The notes: generated by a model from the sequence alone, not told the origin. Numbered from the stretch's first letter, positions 40,309 through 54,494 are shown. The stretch: DNA of 64,000 nucleotides from Chrysomallon squamiferum (GCA_012295275.1 CM022671.1:32984001-33048000); one strand, 5' to 3'. Made by a program: numbers and translations.

Positions 40309-43300
40309 TCATGCCATCCCAAAAAACTTGAGAGATCCATCCGTACTTCCAGATGCGATGAACGATGCGTTGTGACCAAAGCGTACACCAGTTGCTGCTG
40401 CTGTGTGGTCATTTAGGACGACGAGTTCACTCCACTGCTTGCACAGGTAAACCCTGAAACACAACACCATTATTACAGTACTAACACACACTAAACAGAT
40501 GATAATATGAAATGCTTAAATGTTATTTACAAAACAAAACACTAACACATAATAAATTGATGATAATACAAAAAAAGCACTTAATTCTCTTCTATAATGA
40601 AATGCTTAACTGTTATTTACAAAACTAAACACTAACACATAATAAATTGATGATAATACAAAAAGCACTTAATTCTCTTCTATAATGAAATGCTTAACTG
40701 TTATTTACAAAACTAAATACTGACTCATTAAATTAACAATAATACAAAAAAGATCTCTTCCGTAATGAAATGCTTAACTGTAATTTACAAAATTAACATA
40801 TTTAAGACAGAGGATTAAACTAAAATGGTTTATTCTGCTATGTAATGAAATACTTGTCTGTTTATACTAAAAATGAATAGAAAAAATCTGTTGTGGAAAA
40901 AAACAGTTTAGTTTTTAGACCAGTTATAATAATAACTAAATGTATTTGAAACACTGAATGAAACTGCTATTTAAAACACTGTGAACTGAATTTTACTTGT
41001 TTCTTGGCAGAAACAGGATTTTGTAAAATAAGAAAAAAAAAACATATTTAAATGTGCATATTACACTGTTTAAGTATCATCATTTAGGAAGATTTATTTA
41101 AAATGTTTGATGCTATTGTTTAAATCTTTATCTTATATTGAGCACTCACAATTAATGGTGAAACTGCCAATACAGTGAAAATTCACATTTTGTTTATTTT
41201 AAACTTTACCTGATATCAGTGCCTGCGACAGCCAAGTAGGTACCACTTTGGTCAAAACACACATTCTTCACCTAAAATTATATTTAAAAAGTCACTCACT
41301 ATTTGAAATAAATCTCTAGGTATATGTTTCTCATGCCTGCAAAAAAAATGGCATTTGAACTAAAAACCCAAACAAAAAAAAAAACCCTCCAAAACAAATA
41401 GTAACAACCATCAAATGCTATTTTTTAAATATTAACTGTTTATAATGTCCAACCTTTTTGGACATAGCATTTAAGAGGTGATGAACTCTTATACTGTTAT
41501 TATTATTAAGCACTAAACATAATATCAACAAAACTGAATTTTAAATACTAGAAAGTTCTTGAGTTACTGGTCTCACCTCATATTTCTTGTCCAGGGTTAT
41601 TGTCACAAGGTTTTCCAGTTTACGCCAATCCCACAGATTAACAACTGAATCTTCAGATGCTGCCAGATAATAACCTGTAATAGAAAATAAATATGGATTA
41701 AACAATGGATATATTATTAGAATGTAACTTTACTGTTTTTGTAACTCAGTACATGAACTGGAATAAAAGTGTGAACAAATATTAAACAAAATGTGTGTAT
41801 GTGTATCTAACTGTTTTCAGAAAAGGAAATGCTAGTGATGAGACCCTGATGTCCAGTGAAGAACCCTATGCAGGTATGTTTTCTCAAATCCCAGATCTTG
41901 ATGTTGGAGTGTTCAGTACCAGTGCCGAAGGTCTGACCATCAGGACAGAACTGTGCACAGGTCAATGCAACAGCTGCACCAACTTTAGTTGAAACATGTC
42001 CAGATCTTATATCATAAATAGCCCAGTTCTACAGTATTTAAAAAACAAAAACATTATTATTGTAAAAAAAATTTATTACTTCTATACACATTAAAGATAC
42101 TAAATATTTGGGTATTACAAAATATATAGGTAAACTTTGGTTTTACTAAAGCATACTTTACAAATAAAATGTTTTAACATGTTAGGAAGCAGGTTTCTAA
42201 TTTACACATGTTAATGGTTTTCTGTTTATTTAACTTCGTATTGTAATAAGAAGAAAATGTTATATTTTGTTTGAACAACTTAAAATTAACATGACAGACA
42301 AAACAAGTGAAACAGATATTGAATACTGATTTTCTAAATGTTTTAAAACTAAAGTCTGCAACATGTGGCCTACATTTGAATATAAACATTATTCTAATAA
42401 AATAGACAATTTTTTATATTTCATTACATGTTATAATTATTCTACCCTTCAACAGTAACAGTAAAATGGAAAATAAAGAGATGAAACAATATTACATATT
42501 AACATTCATCATGGCCAGCATTTTGTTTTTAAAATGATGGCCAGACTGTTTGCCCTGTTAGTCATGGCCTGTGTATAACACTGATGTTTTAAATGCAGTT
42601 TTATAGGTAATGCTATGTATGTATGTATTCTTACCTTATCTAGAGAACAACTGAGCAGATAGTCTCTAGCAGCGTGCAAGCTGATTCCAGTGACAGGAGA
42701 CTTGTGGGCTCGAATCACCTGGGCACACTGAGCTGTTGCCACACCCCAGACATGAATGGTGTTGTCTTTAGATACTGTGAATACCAGTTGCTGTAAATTT
42801 AACAGTTATCAGTTTCAATTTATCTGTCAAAGATATGAAATGCATTATACAATTATTCGCACAGTATGAAATTATATATATATATATATATATACCTACC
42901 TACCTACATAAACACACACACACACACACACACACACAAAGAAATGAGAATGAAAGATTAGACATTAGGAATTAAAATACTGGTGCAAGATAACTAGAAA
43001 AATTAGTACATATATTTGGCTTATTTATCTATCTCTCTGTATTTCGACCATATAATGTGATAAATACAAGTATTACCAAAATGAAAGACTTTGCTCATCC
43101 CATATAACTGACCTCCTCTGGGTGGTAGATGACACTGGTGACCTTCTTAGTATGACCTTTCAGAATGGCAATAACCTGCTCAGTGTCCTTGTTGAAGACA
43201 ACAGCATTCTTGTCATTCCCTCCTAAAATTTCAAACAACAATAATAACAACAACCGTGCAATTGTAATAAATGATATACACTGGAATTTATTAATTATTA

Positions 43301-43943
43301 CTTCAAATATTACTAAAAAGATCTAAACACACACAAACCAATTAAGAACAAGTTTATATATTTATATACAGATAGATTGATAGATAAAGGAGAAAAGAAG
43401 AAAAAAGACCCCCAAAAAGATATAAAAATAGGCAGTGCATACATACAAATGAATTAAAAGTGAGACTAACCAGTGACAATTCTGGATGTGTCTCTGATGC
43501 AGAGATCAAGTGCAAGAATTCCAGGAATACTGGCACTGTGTAATCCCTGAAAATAAATTATAATTAATCACTATTTATATATGAAAGCATTATTAGTCAC
43601 TGACGGCCAGTCATGATTTTATCAATAACCCAAAGGTAACTGACTTTTATAATTAATAATTTTATTAAGTTTTTAGATTGCAAATGTGTTCTTTTAACAA
43701 TTTTGAGTATAAAAACTGAAAAAACTGAAAATGAAATAAACTGAATTAAAACTGAAAATTAAAAATGATGTTTACCATGATTATCTCAAAAGTCATGTAA
43801 TTTTAAAATTCTGTTGTACATTAGGTATATAACCTAACTAAAATACAACTGATGTATGTTTTACTTACAGTGTGTGAAGCCAGTTGTCTGTATTGTCTTA
43901 TATCTTCAACTATAACCAGGCCTTCTGATACAGTTTTACCTCT
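40309..43943 (-). CDS. Partial PRPF19 paralog (exons 9-16, WD40 region only) with intact frame; no start exon of its own identified
   Basis: Exons 43943-43869, 43546-43471, 43222-43113, 42790-42635, 42028-41812, 41674-41577, 41271-41210, 40453-40309 sum to 939 nt (312 aa + stop); all GT/AG sites retained; the only exon indels are in-frame (15 nt, 3 nt). Homology is certain, expression is not. Confidence 0.65.
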
Positions 43944-44705
43944 CTGAAAACCCATAGAAAATATTGAATGTTAGAAATAGCATAGAATAATAATAAAATT
44001 TGTTTTTAAATTTACTATTCTCGTACAGAACAATGATATGTAAACTCAATCCCTTTAAAATCTGTATACAAAAAATAAACCATTCCAGTGCATGTTTGTG
44101 TCTGTTGTTTATCAAAACAATAAGAAATAACTTTTCTGCTGAAGTATTGTTAAACAGATTCATTTATTTTGTACCAATTCATTATTAGCTAGACAAAAAA
44201 CAAATTGTGACACTCCTTTGCCTATGGTTAGATTTCTAGTAATACTGAACCAGTTAACAGACTCTTGTCTGTAACTATCCATGCTTATTTGGTTTGTGCT
44301 TTTCTAGGATGACAAACTGGTGGATCTGTATGTAGTACATTGGAACTAAAAATTGTTATTTAGAAAACAAATTATGGGTGAAATTCAAAAACACATGAAA
44401 ATTAAATTTATGATGAAACAAGTGAAACCAGAAATGAAACAAATATCACTATATATTAAAGACTTTATATGTAAATTTAAAAAAATATGTTTTGAAAGCT
44501 ATAATACACTGCTGCAAATTATAAATAAAAATCACTTCCACGTCTCTCGCATTCCAGCAAATTAAAAATAATAATAATAAAAAAATTAAAAAACAGTTTA
44601 TATTCATCTATATATTTATATTATTAAAGATGAAATTTTCAAGAGCTTATTTTTCTTCGTATTTTCTTGATGTACTTCAAAAAACTGTGCAAAATTTATG
44701 CTTAC

Positions 44706-46793
44706 ATAAACACAACCCTTCACCAATACAGCACCATCTTCATAGTCTTTGAGAACTGGCCAAATAAAGTAACTGATTGGCTTTCCATGTGACTGACAAC
44801 ATGACCACCACAACTTGTGCTTTTCACCATCAAATGTGTTGTCCTGTGTTGAAAATGTCATTGGTGGTTGTTGGATCACCATTTGCCATGTCAAACGAAT
44901 ACTTTCCTTGAGGAACTGGTTCACTGACTTGTGTCTGGAAATGTGTTTTGCAATGTCACTGAATTCAGCACTGAGGGAACGTTTAACAATCTAAAAGGCA
45001 GACGTATACATTTTGTAACATTTTAGTATCTGTCGTTAATAAAATGTTAGGTGTTGTTGGGGTAAAAAGAAAAATTTCAGAAAATGGGAGGAGATAGTGG
45101 CACAATTATTTATAAAAATAATATTAGTAATGAAAATAAATCTTTTCTTTAATATGAAACTTTTTAAATCATGTTTTATATAAAACTAATATTTATTTCT
45201 AGATGAATGCAGAATTATAATAACTAGTGCATTCATGAAAAAAATTCTGTAGAAATAATACATTTTTCAGTGTTACTTTTAATTATCTATTACTTACCTA
45301 AAAAAAAAGCTTCAGTATTTACATGTTCAGAGGTTTGTCGTAATTGGAAGCGTATTGCATGTGTCATTTCCTCCGGAAGTTGAGGGAGATCCCTACCAAT
45401 ATCTCTAATGACAGCCGTCTGCAATTTAATTATTACAAATGTAAACACTGGCTTGAAGTGAAAACAGCCCAGTGGATTATCCACCCAAGATCCATGCATT
45501 CTTATTATGTCTCCATAGGATTTCTTTTTAACCTACATTTTTAATAAAACTATACATCCACTGATGTAAATAAATTTACTAAATGAACTGAATTAATAGT
45601 ACTTATTATCCTTAATAATAATAAAAATAATTACAATAAGCTTTTTGTATAGCTTTTTTTTTTCATTAATTAGATAAACACCTTCCAATAACTTCAGCCT
45701 TTAATAAGTTAAATAAGTATAACGTTATCTAGTACATACAGCCAATGGTGGATTTCTCAGCAGCTCTGCTATAGCTAATTCCAGATTCTGGTAGATGGCT
45801 AATGTTGTATCATATGATGCCTGAATCAAATAAAATGTTATTGGGTGAGCAGAATGAAACATTATTATGTCTGATTTTAAGACTGTTAAAATAGATTTAT
45901 TTTTATTTTTAAATTTAGTTACTGTTTTACTCACTCACACAATGTCACTAACTACTGAAGAACTACTAAAACTGTATTGTGAACATTAATTCTAAAACTA
46001 AAAGTTATTATATAATTGTATGTGGTTTTAGTTTTTAATATATGTTGTAAAATGGATATTGCTGAATTTTGATTATGAGAAGACATTTTGCAATACAGTC
46101 TACACGCTGAAAGACTGTGAAGATTTAACTAATTACATATTATCAAGCAGAAAGTTTCTGATCAACGACCAGACTGATTTTAAAGCAAGGTTAAAAATCG
46201 TAATCATTAAAATAAAAACGAAACACTTTTCGCATTCATAAATTATGAGTTAATGTGTAAATTAATTTAAAGTGGAAAACAAAGAAAAAAGCATCCACCC
46301 ACTCCTGACTCTCTAACATGTAATACTTCTCAACGACATCTAGGGCGACATCTTTCGTTGATGTTTTCTGTTTCCTGATTACCTGTTCTTTGTCTCGGCT
46401 TCACATTACTTATCAGCCTTAAAGGGAGAAAGAATTTTATAGCTTGGGTGAAAAGAAAAAAGATATTTATAAATATTAATAGTATGCTTAAAACAGTCCG
46501 TTTGGGATATTAGAAAACAAGAAAAAATATTCTTATAACGTTTAATATTAATTTTGTTGTAGTTATTATTAAATGAACTATTGCTTATTTTATTTTAGAT
46601 CTTAACACATTCATATTGATTAATAATTATAATAATAATAATAATAATAATAATAAAGATAACTCATTATATGTAGAGAATAAAATAGTTATTATCAGAT
46701 ATAATTATGCTCCCTTTATTGTATTAATTTTTATTATTATTATTCTTTTTTTTTTTTTTTTTTTGTTGATGTTATTTATTTATTTATTTTTAA

Positions 46794-46864
<71 letters not shown>

Positions 46865-48107
46865 GAACTCATTTCAGTTTGTCATTTACATCTATCACAG
46901 TGATTGCGCTCTCAAAATTTTCATTCATACTTTTGTTTGAGTGATTCATTTTCGGTTTTGATTGAGGAGAGACTGGTTTCTAGGTTTTCCAAATCTCTTC
47001 TCGCTTTTTCTGCTTCTTTTTTAGATTCTTTGAGCTCTGTCGTGAGACGTTTGCACTCATCCTTCAAACTCTGCAGCTCTTTCTCTGTCTTGTGCATCTT
47101 CTCATTCTGTTGTTTGAGACATTCATTCTCGTTCTTTAGTCGTTCTATAACCGTTTTCATTTGACCTATATCATGTGATCCCTGACCTAGTCATAGGATT
47201 TTAATAATTAGATGATAATTGTGAAAGGTAAGATTTCACTGATAATGATTATCACAAGATAATGAAAAGATTAGTTAAAAGAATCTCTAAATAATAATAT
47301 ATTATTAATAACAGATATTATAAAATATAGTATATTATATACAAAGAAAGGATAAAATATATTATTTTCAGTAGGAAGGACAAAAATAATAATAATAATA
47401 ATAAATAAATAAATAAATAAAATAAAAATAAAAATAAAATATTTAAGTTTGCATCACAAAGAGAAATACTCTCAAAAATTATGGTCATCTATATACCCTT
47501 TTTTGATTATACAATAGCAAGACTGGTAGCGGACCTTAATTTGTGGGGCTCTGAAGCTTTAACTGTTACGGGGGTGCTTCGCAAAGAAGACTGGGTAGTC
47601 ATCGTTTTCTTCTATGGCTTGTTCCGCAGATATCAGTTATTGATTCGAATTCTGAAGTCAAGTTAATTAAAGTTGTTTCTGAGGTCTCTCTTTGTTTAGG
47701 AGCTCTGAAGCTGAAGCTTCATTAGCTTCATAATATGTGTCTTTAATATATAGATGAAATTGAAAACAAAGATGATTAATTTGAATTTTATATATATATA
47801 TATATATATAAAATTCATACCAGTGCTCTTGATAGGTATTTCCGTTTCTTTGTATTGTCCTATACCAACATGTTTCCGAAGATTCTCATTTTCCACCGAC
47901 AACTGACTGATACCCCTACTGTGTAAATGTCGTGGTGTGCCTGAATTTGATATTCTTTGGTTTATCCCCAGCAATCTGCACACACAGTTCCACACCATCT
48001 GCAGGCAATCCATTTGTGGGTCTTGCTTCTGCTTGAGGACGTCAGCAAGGCTAGCACGGAAGTTACGAGCCTCCGCAATCAAATCACTTTTGGGTTCATT
48101 CTATCAC
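44706..48107 (-). pseudogene. Coiled-coil + MIEAP/SPATA18 C-terminal-domain gene, copy 1 (disrupted)
   Basis: Exons about 48107-47821, 47186-46931 (coiled coil), 46417-~46290 (ENINERCRP/DVVEKYYMLESQEWVDA), 45820-45740, ~45532-45298, 44990-44706 (FLKESIRLTWQMVIQQPPM...ISYFIWPVL...VLVKGCVY). Lesions: ATG changed to GTG with a small deletion and TAG relative to copy 2, frameshift at about 46341, phase mismatch at the A-run 45300-45308. Confidence 0.75.
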
Positions 48108-48635
48108 AGTTCAGTTACTGTAAATAAATCATTATACACTATATGACAACGAGCACAAAATAGCGCACGCGCACACACACACACACTCTTACGTAAACAT
48201 GTATCTATTATCTATCCAGTATCTTTCTTTCTGTCCAGTATCTTTACAATACAATTCCAATATCTTGACCTTAATGGCCTAAGCTCTATCAGTAGAAGTA
48301 AACAGCGTGTTTTCAAGGAACACCCAGACAGTATACAATAACATCTGCTTTGTTTGAAATTATAGTGGTCGCATATATTTCATTGAAGCAGACGTTGTGC
48401 TTAAAGTTGTGCTATGGCTAAAAGAGAACTGGCGTCAACGCTGAGGAAAGAAAACTTCAATAAAATGATACATTGCCTTGAATTTATAATGGGAAATGGT
48501 TATTATCTTGCGGGAAATATTGGTTTAAGAGTGTATGTGTTTTCAGTTACTACTACTAATAATAATACAATGTCCTGCTTTAATATTGTACCGTTTCTAA
48601 ACAAAAAAAAATCATTTACACAGCAAAATACGTAA

Positions 48636-48638
<3 letters not shown>

Positions 48639-48706
<68 letters not shown>
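48639..48706. repeat. (GA)n microsatellite in the MIEAP-like/HSPA12 intergenic region (copy 1)
   Basis: GA run with the same flanks (ATACGTAAGC...TATTTGTAAAG) as the run at 60173-60348. Confidence 0.95.
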
Positions 48707-48710
<4 letters not shown>

Positions 48711-51700
48711 TTGTAAAGTGTAGAACAGCATGTTACTGACAGTTACATTTTAAAACGACAAATAGTAGAATGCAGTATTGTTAAGCAGGCTTGCTAAAAT
48801 TATAAAACCAGTAGAGTAGATCGAATAACATAGGGCAGAAGACAAGGAAATATTAATTTAAAAAAGAAATTATTTGAATTAAATCTTACCTTCTATTTGC
48901 AACGATCATGCAAATAATTCAACTGTCATTCACAAATGTATCGGATGATTAATTCCGAAATGTCCAAGACTGAAAGAATAATTTATTCGCGCAAGTGTAA
49001 AAGAAAACGTTTGATTTAATTGAATATTACAACACAGTTATGGACTTTAATCATTGATCTGTTTGGGCTTATTTCGTAATCATCACGTTTACAGTAAGTT
49101 GCCCACGTAAAAAAACCAAAAGAAAACCTTTGACCTTTTTGAAAGTAACATCACAGATGTGGACCTTTAATCAGTGATCTGTTTAAGCAGGTTTCGAAAC
49201 AGCCACGTTTACACTAACTTGTAAAAGAAACAAATTTGTTAAAACATCTGGTACAGTTTATTTATTCACATTCAGTTAGTGGATTAGAAGAAAGAAAACT
49301 CGATTTGTCTCCAAGTTTAATATTAATGAGAATAGCGTTATTTCAGATTTATTCCGATATAACACTCAACAAAGATGGCCGAAAAGGAATATGAAGTCGT
49401 CGTCGCCATAGACTTCGGTACGACATTCAGCGGTTACGCGTACTCATTCACATCGAGCAAAGAAAATATTTACATGAATAAAAATTGGGGAGATGATCAA
49501 GGATTTCAGATGCACAAAACTCCTACATGTCTTCTGCTAAAACCTGATGGCGAGTTCGAAGCTTTCGGCCTTGAAGCCGTGTCCCGATATAACGATCTGG
49601 AAAACGACGAGGCAGCTAATTACTACTACTTCGACAGGTTTAAAATGAAACTGCATAGTAACAAGGTGAGTTGCATATTTTTAAAATATCCTCTGATTTG
49701 CTTAATATTTCAGCTGAGTCTAAATGCTAAAGATATCATTAATTTGGAGCATTTCAACCATAACGATTACGGCTTTTTATCTAAATCACAGTTTGTGCAG
49801 TATGAGTTAGAAATGTATAATAAAAATAACAACAACAACAACATTTTTGTTATTTATTTTCTGCTTTTGGTGTCTAAGACTGTAACGTAGAAAGTTCCAA
49901 TCAGTCTCGGTACCACTCTGGCAAAGGAATGTTAAAAGACCCTCTATGTGGTCTTTCCTTGAGCATAAAAGCAGAGGTGACATTTTTGTTAGGGTGATCA
50001 GTTTTGAACAGGACAGACGGATAGTTTTTTGTTTCTGTGGATCTGTTTAAGTAACTGAAAGGTAGTTGTTGGCTTTCCTACAGGCATATATTTAACCATA
50101 TGTGTGTGTGTGTTTTGACGTATTATAAGGATTAGATGAAGGACAGTTGGTAATCTGAGATCAGATCGATCAATGTAAACTGTAGGCTATTATCTCTAAA
50201 ACAGGGGGTGAGAATAGCGGGGAATCTGTGGTCAACATTGACCATTAGTATTTGTAAGCATCGATACCACAGTAGTTTTATTATTAACTGATTGCCACCT
50301 CAACGTTCTGCTAAGCAATACGTTATTTTAATCTCACATATTGAGAATAGTTTGCATATTCAAATACATATTGAGGTGTGCTATTTTACCTCGACAGATA
50401 AACATATATAACGCCCTAAATTCTTTACTTATGTGGTGAGCCAGTAAAAGCTGGCGTGAAACTGTTTGTAAGCTTACTCGGTAAATAACTATTATTATGT
50501 AATATATAAGACAAATATTCTTTAAATCTAAACGTGTTGTTGTGTTTCTAGTGTATTTATCGTTGGCCAAATGTAAATATATATATCACCTTGTTCCCTG
50601 AATACCCATGGAGCCTAACCAAATCTGGTAGCTTTCAGGAATGTATATATTGAGCTGTTTGTTGAGGAATGTTGCGGGGTTCTAATTTGGTTACGTGACG
50701 GGTCGCATGCGACTGCGTTTACGCGCCGTGTCAAAGACTATGTAAATCAGCTTTAGTCTGTTTTAAACAGTAGGCATTAGACATGGACTTCTACAACCGC
50801 TAATATTCCTCATAGAGTCGCATCGACTTTTGTTCGTTCTTCTACCCTACATATTTATCTGTAATAATATTGTCATACTGTAATTTAGTCTCATGATAAA
50901 ATATAACTAAATCCATTTCAAGTTACAGTTACACCTCTGCAGTTAAATAAGTATAAGCTGTTGGTTTATGGAGTAAGATTCGTGTATGTTTAGTAACAGT
51001 CAAGTAAATATAGAATATAAATATCACAGAAACATATACATACATATTAAAGATTATCTGTAATATCTAATAATCCCACTTAATGCCAGGTAAAGACAGC
51101 TAGTCGTGTGGTTATTGGGAAAGGCAATGGCCAAAGGGAACTAAATCTAGTTGACTGGCCTGTACAATATAAGCGCTACATGCGCTAGAAATCAGTGCGA
51201 CAGAGACCCCCACCCTGGCTTAGTCAGAGAGCGTGCCTGTCGCAGACGTGCTTCACAACAATTCGCTCTGATTAGCATATACATCTTTTTTTCTGTCTGT
51301 CTGTCAAAAATCAGTCTCTTTCATTCAAGCGCCTTTACAGCAACAGAAATACATGCATACATACATACATTGATATGTACATGCCCATTCTCAAAGCTGA
51401 ATTGTACTGACGGTTCCTTCTTTACCATGTCAAAAGTCACTATACAATACGATTTTGTTTTCAGTGTATTGTATATGCAGTCAGAAAATTACACATGATA
51501 ACAATGTGTTTGTAACGTTAAACAAAATGGTTTATACGAGCGAAGTCACAACTCGGTTCATAAATAAATTAATTACTGTAACAAGTTTAACAGTATTATT
51601 TTTCATGTTTAAAGATTTATCTAATCTTAGAGGAATTTTTTATTATTTCTGTCGACGAATTTTTGTCACTTTATTACGTGCAAGTAAGTAAAAAAATATT

Positions 51701-52809
51701 AAATATTAGGAAATGCTGATCAAGGTTTTGTATTATCATACGACCAGAAAGTAGTCCGATTAAATTCGATGACAACAAAGGCGAAATAAACACAGTTTAA
51801 GCAATTTATTATTTTTATCATCGACACTGAAAAAAAATCACGTCTGAGCATTCCATCGTATCTAACTACATTTTAAACGATACTATGATAAAGGTTTTAT
51901 TGAATGTATGGACCACAACATCGCTAAGTTATCTCTACGTAATGATCGAAGCAAAAACAAAATAATCTACGTTTTCGGCAGCGTTTTCTTACAATAGGTT
52001 GCTAATATTTGAAAGAACTTAGCTGTACATACTTTTTGTTATAATTACGACCAAGCACACGACATTTTCACTGATAAGACCCAGGAATAGGAACTTTGCT
52101 TAGACAACAATAATGGCGAAGACAAGATATTATATTTTCATGGACATCAAATAAAATGCGTTTACTAATATTCTCAGCGATAATAGGGCCCACAAAATTG
52201 GTAATAAATGTTCGTGGTAAGATCGTACTTTCCACCGAGTTTAAGATGTTTCAATCGCTTGGTATGCACGACCTCCAGAAGTAGCGTTGTAGATCAATTT
52301 CCAGAATTTCCAGACTAACAGTCTATATAATAATTTAGGACACAGTATATTTCTCAACTAGATCACTTTTAAATATTTCAACAGAGATATATTTAATTTT
52401 CTTCACAATATCATACAGGAGCAAAGAAAAAAGAAATGGAAAAAAAAAAAAAAAAAAAAAAAGATTAACCAAAAAAAGATAAGTGCCTTTAATCTCTAAA
52501 ATTATATTATCAAGCAGATCAGGTGTTTAACTTTATTTACACAAAATATTAACAAAATTCTCCTCTCAGCAACAGTTTTTCAGGTTCGCAAAAATCGTAT
52601 AATCGAAAAGAAGTCATTATGGCATGTTGTTATGTCATATCATCAAGTACTGACTTTAAATTGGATGTTTATTTGTATATATATATACATAATTTTTAGC
52701 TAAGTCAGAATGTTAATTTCATATGATGCACTTGATATCCTGAACACTCCATACTTACACTACATTTTAATCAAATACTGTCTGTGATCAAATACTGCCT
52801 TTTGATCTA

Positions 52810-52844
<35 letters not shown>

Positions 52845-53725
52845 TTTCGTGCGATGAATTTAATATCCTGAACACTCCATACTTTCACTACATTTTAAGG
52901 TAATTATGACAATTTAACAAACTTTGATCACAATATTTGTTTCAATAAATTACGATAATAAAGCTTTAAACAACAGGCCAAACATTCGAGAAATTTGGCA
53001 GTACTCCATTTCTTTTCAAGTTATCATAAATATACAGTGTTACTTTTTACCTGTGATGCCTATATACCTACTCTCTATAATGTCTAAAAAATATAATAAT
53101 TATTATTTTTTGTAAAAATCGCCAAGTTTAAAATTTGGAAGGGAAGATACTTTCCTGTTTTTGCTGCTAGTTGATTTTGTGATGGACGTTTGGAAAATTA
53201 AAAATACTGATAGAACAGCAAAAACAGGATGCAGAGTGATCCAGATGGTTTCGAATTTTTTAATGTGTTGTATTATCGAATGCTTTATGAATTTCTTTGA
53301 ATTTTAAAACTTATCATGAAATAAACTGTATTTGTGCCATGTAAAAATTTGGTTTTCTAATTGCTTCCAAGATTATATTAACATAAAAAAAAATAATAAA
53401 AGGACCCTGATTGAATCTTACTGATTATCCTTCAATAAAATATTTCAAGTGTTTAAGCAGCCTGTCTTCATCAGTTAATCAGCTTAATACACGTTTTTTT
53501 TAACATCTTGTTTTATTTCTTCTCATGTCATCAGTCACATCCGATCACACTGGGCTGTTTTAAGATACTGACCTTTAACATCAACAGTTAGTATCACACC
53601 ATCTTCTAGTTCTTAAATTTATAAAAAAAAAAAAAAAAAATTGTAAGACATTCCATTAATATTTCCATTTAAAAGTTTTTTCTTCAAAATATTGCCTTTC
53701 TGTCACAGATCAACTCACCTTTTGA

Positions 53726-54016
53726 GAATGTAATCTCCTCTGTTTCATCTATTCCAGGCTTTGTAACATTCTCTGTTTCATCTATTCCAGGCTTTGTAAC
53801 ATTCTCTGTTTCATCTATTCCAGGCTTTGTAACATTCTCTGTTTCATCTATTCCAGGCTTTGTAACATTCTCTGTTTCATCTATCAAAGGTTTTGTAACA
53901 TTCTCTGTTTCATCTATTTCAGGTTTTGTAACCTCTCTGTTTCATCTATTTAAGACTTTGTAGCATTCTCTATTTCATCTATTCCAGGCTTTGTAACCTC
54001 TCTGTTTCATCTATCT
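53726..54016. repeat. 33-bp minisatellite, about 8-9 copies
   Basis: Unit CTCTGTTTCATCTATTCCAGGCTTTGTAACATT repeated head-to-tail in HSPA12 intron 1. Confidence 0.93.
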
Positions 54017-54129
54017 CTTTGTCATCTATATTAGTTTCTACAACCATATATACATTAATATGTTAGATATAAAATGTTTCTTTGTCAGTTTGTTTGTTTG
54101 TTTTTGCATGTTTTACACAACAAAAGATT

Positions 54130-54196
<67 letters not shown>

Positions 54197-54276
54197 TGTT
54201 AGTGAACTTCAGCATGTACTGCATTTGTTTCGCTCACGATTTTCGTGTAATAAATGTTTGAAATCAATCACACACA

Positions 54277-54313
<37 letters not shown>

Positions 54314-54424
54314 CGAGAGACACAGACAAAGAGACAGATAGGCAATAAATAAAACTGATAACCTTATCCCGAATGAACTTTTGTATAAACTAGCAGTAAT
54401 GAACTTCGAAAGTTGAAACGTTGA

Positions 54425-54494
54425 CAGTAGAAAACCTCTGAAACTCGAACTATTTTACTGGCACTTTCACGTTCGAATGATCGAACTTTGACTG
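54425..54494. mobile_element. Short pogo-like MITE remnant, shared with copy 2 (about 62468-62537)
   Basis: CAGT...CTCGAAC and GTTCGAA...TGACTG-TA inverted ends; present at the homologous position in both HSPA12 copies, so it predates the duplication. Confidence 0.4.

Larger units (their letters stand above)
38730..44055 (-). repeat. Inverted segmental duplicate of about 22800-28390 (PRPF19 intron 8 through 3' flank)
   Basis: Collinear reverse-complement similarity across exons, introns, 3'UTR and downstream flank, with many intronic indels and a roughly 400-bp 3'UTR deletion. Confidence 0.93.

Noticed and set aside
40309-43943. PRPF19 copy as a processed retrocopy or a misassembled haplotype
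   Set aside because: It retains introns and flanks, is inverted, and is far more diverged in protein sequence than expected for an allele of this conserved gene.
47530-47700. Possible extra exon in MIEAP-like intron 1
   Set aside because: No clean acceptor/donor pair in frame, largely deleted in copy 2, and exons 1 and 2 already join in phase.
53726-54016. 33-bp repeats as a CRISPR array or a coding repeat (ORF 53684-53887)
   Set aside because: Units are contiguous with no spacers, the context is a eukaryotic intron, and the ORF only reflects a unit length divisible by three.
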